In this document: positions 63,609 to 64,000 of the stretch, piece after piece
Numbering within the stretch: position 1 is the stretch's first letter
Layout of the letters: every line of letters begins with the position of its first letter
Assembly: GCF_009914755.1 (NCBI RefSeq)
Contig: NC_060936.1
DNA length: 64,000 bases
DNA from: the human T2T-CHM13v2.0 reference genome, Homo sapiens
Strand: one strand, 5' to 3'
Made by a program: the position numbers and the translations under genes
Notes under the pieces: generated by a model
What the model was told of the DNA's origin: nothing
Database searches by the model: none
What the model saw: only the letters and a program-made list of their open reading frames with translations

Positions 63609-64000
63609 GTCAATGGCAAGTTTTCTATAGAAAGTGTTCAAGAAACAATATAAGTGAATAATGTTAAATTATTATTGATATCTTTTGGAAGGGAAGTGTT
63701 AAAATATACTTAAATTTTACAACTGTTTTAAAAATTGAAGAAAATATTATACTTTAGATCTACTCTTCATTTGTAGCAATTGATGAACATTTTTAAAATG
63801 TCAAAATATAAGAAATACTTTAAATTATTTTACTTGTGTACAGTTATTGAAAAATGAAACCATGGTGAAAAGATGTTATTAAAACCCACTATTTCTTTTG
63901 GAGGAGAAATCTTGGAAATTTTGAAAGCCACATATAAATCTGAACTTACCTAGAGTCCAAAATATAACCTGTGGTTTTCCATATTTTTTGTGTATTTCCT

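Overview
Primate (human-like) genomic DNA containing the 5' end of PDZRN4 (LNX4, a RING + PDZ E3-ligase family gene) on the + strand. The gene part consists of a CpG-island promoter and coding exons 1 (41658-42305), 2 (44661-44747) and 3 (47284-47391), followed by the start of a long intron 3 with no further exon recognised. The upstream ~41 kb and the introns are AT-rich and transposon-dense: a complete THE1-type MaLR element with TSDs, two twin-primed (5'-inverted) L1PA insertions, several short L1 3' ends with clean TSDs, about 10 Alus, solo LTRs and old MIR/L2/hAT relics. Almost all other ORFs in the track are repeat-derived or GC shadows. The most notable observations are: (1) a candidate alternative first exon (or 27-nt microexon) in intron 1 ending in GCTGCCATG|GTGAG, in frame with exon 2, which would give a RING-less isoform, with a perfect 15-bp inverted repeat just upstream; (2) two independent L1 insertions 20 kb apart that share ~8 non-consensus substitutions and two frameshifts, suggesting non-allelic gene conversion; (3) inverted Alus around a stop-free 108-nt exon 3; (4) a 9-nt micro-transduction in an L1 tail; (5) an unexplained ~99-bp dispersed duplication carrying a splice donor; (6) a nested AT-rich palindrome. 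Repeat subfamily calls and comparisons to consensus or reference sequences rest on recall, not on searches.
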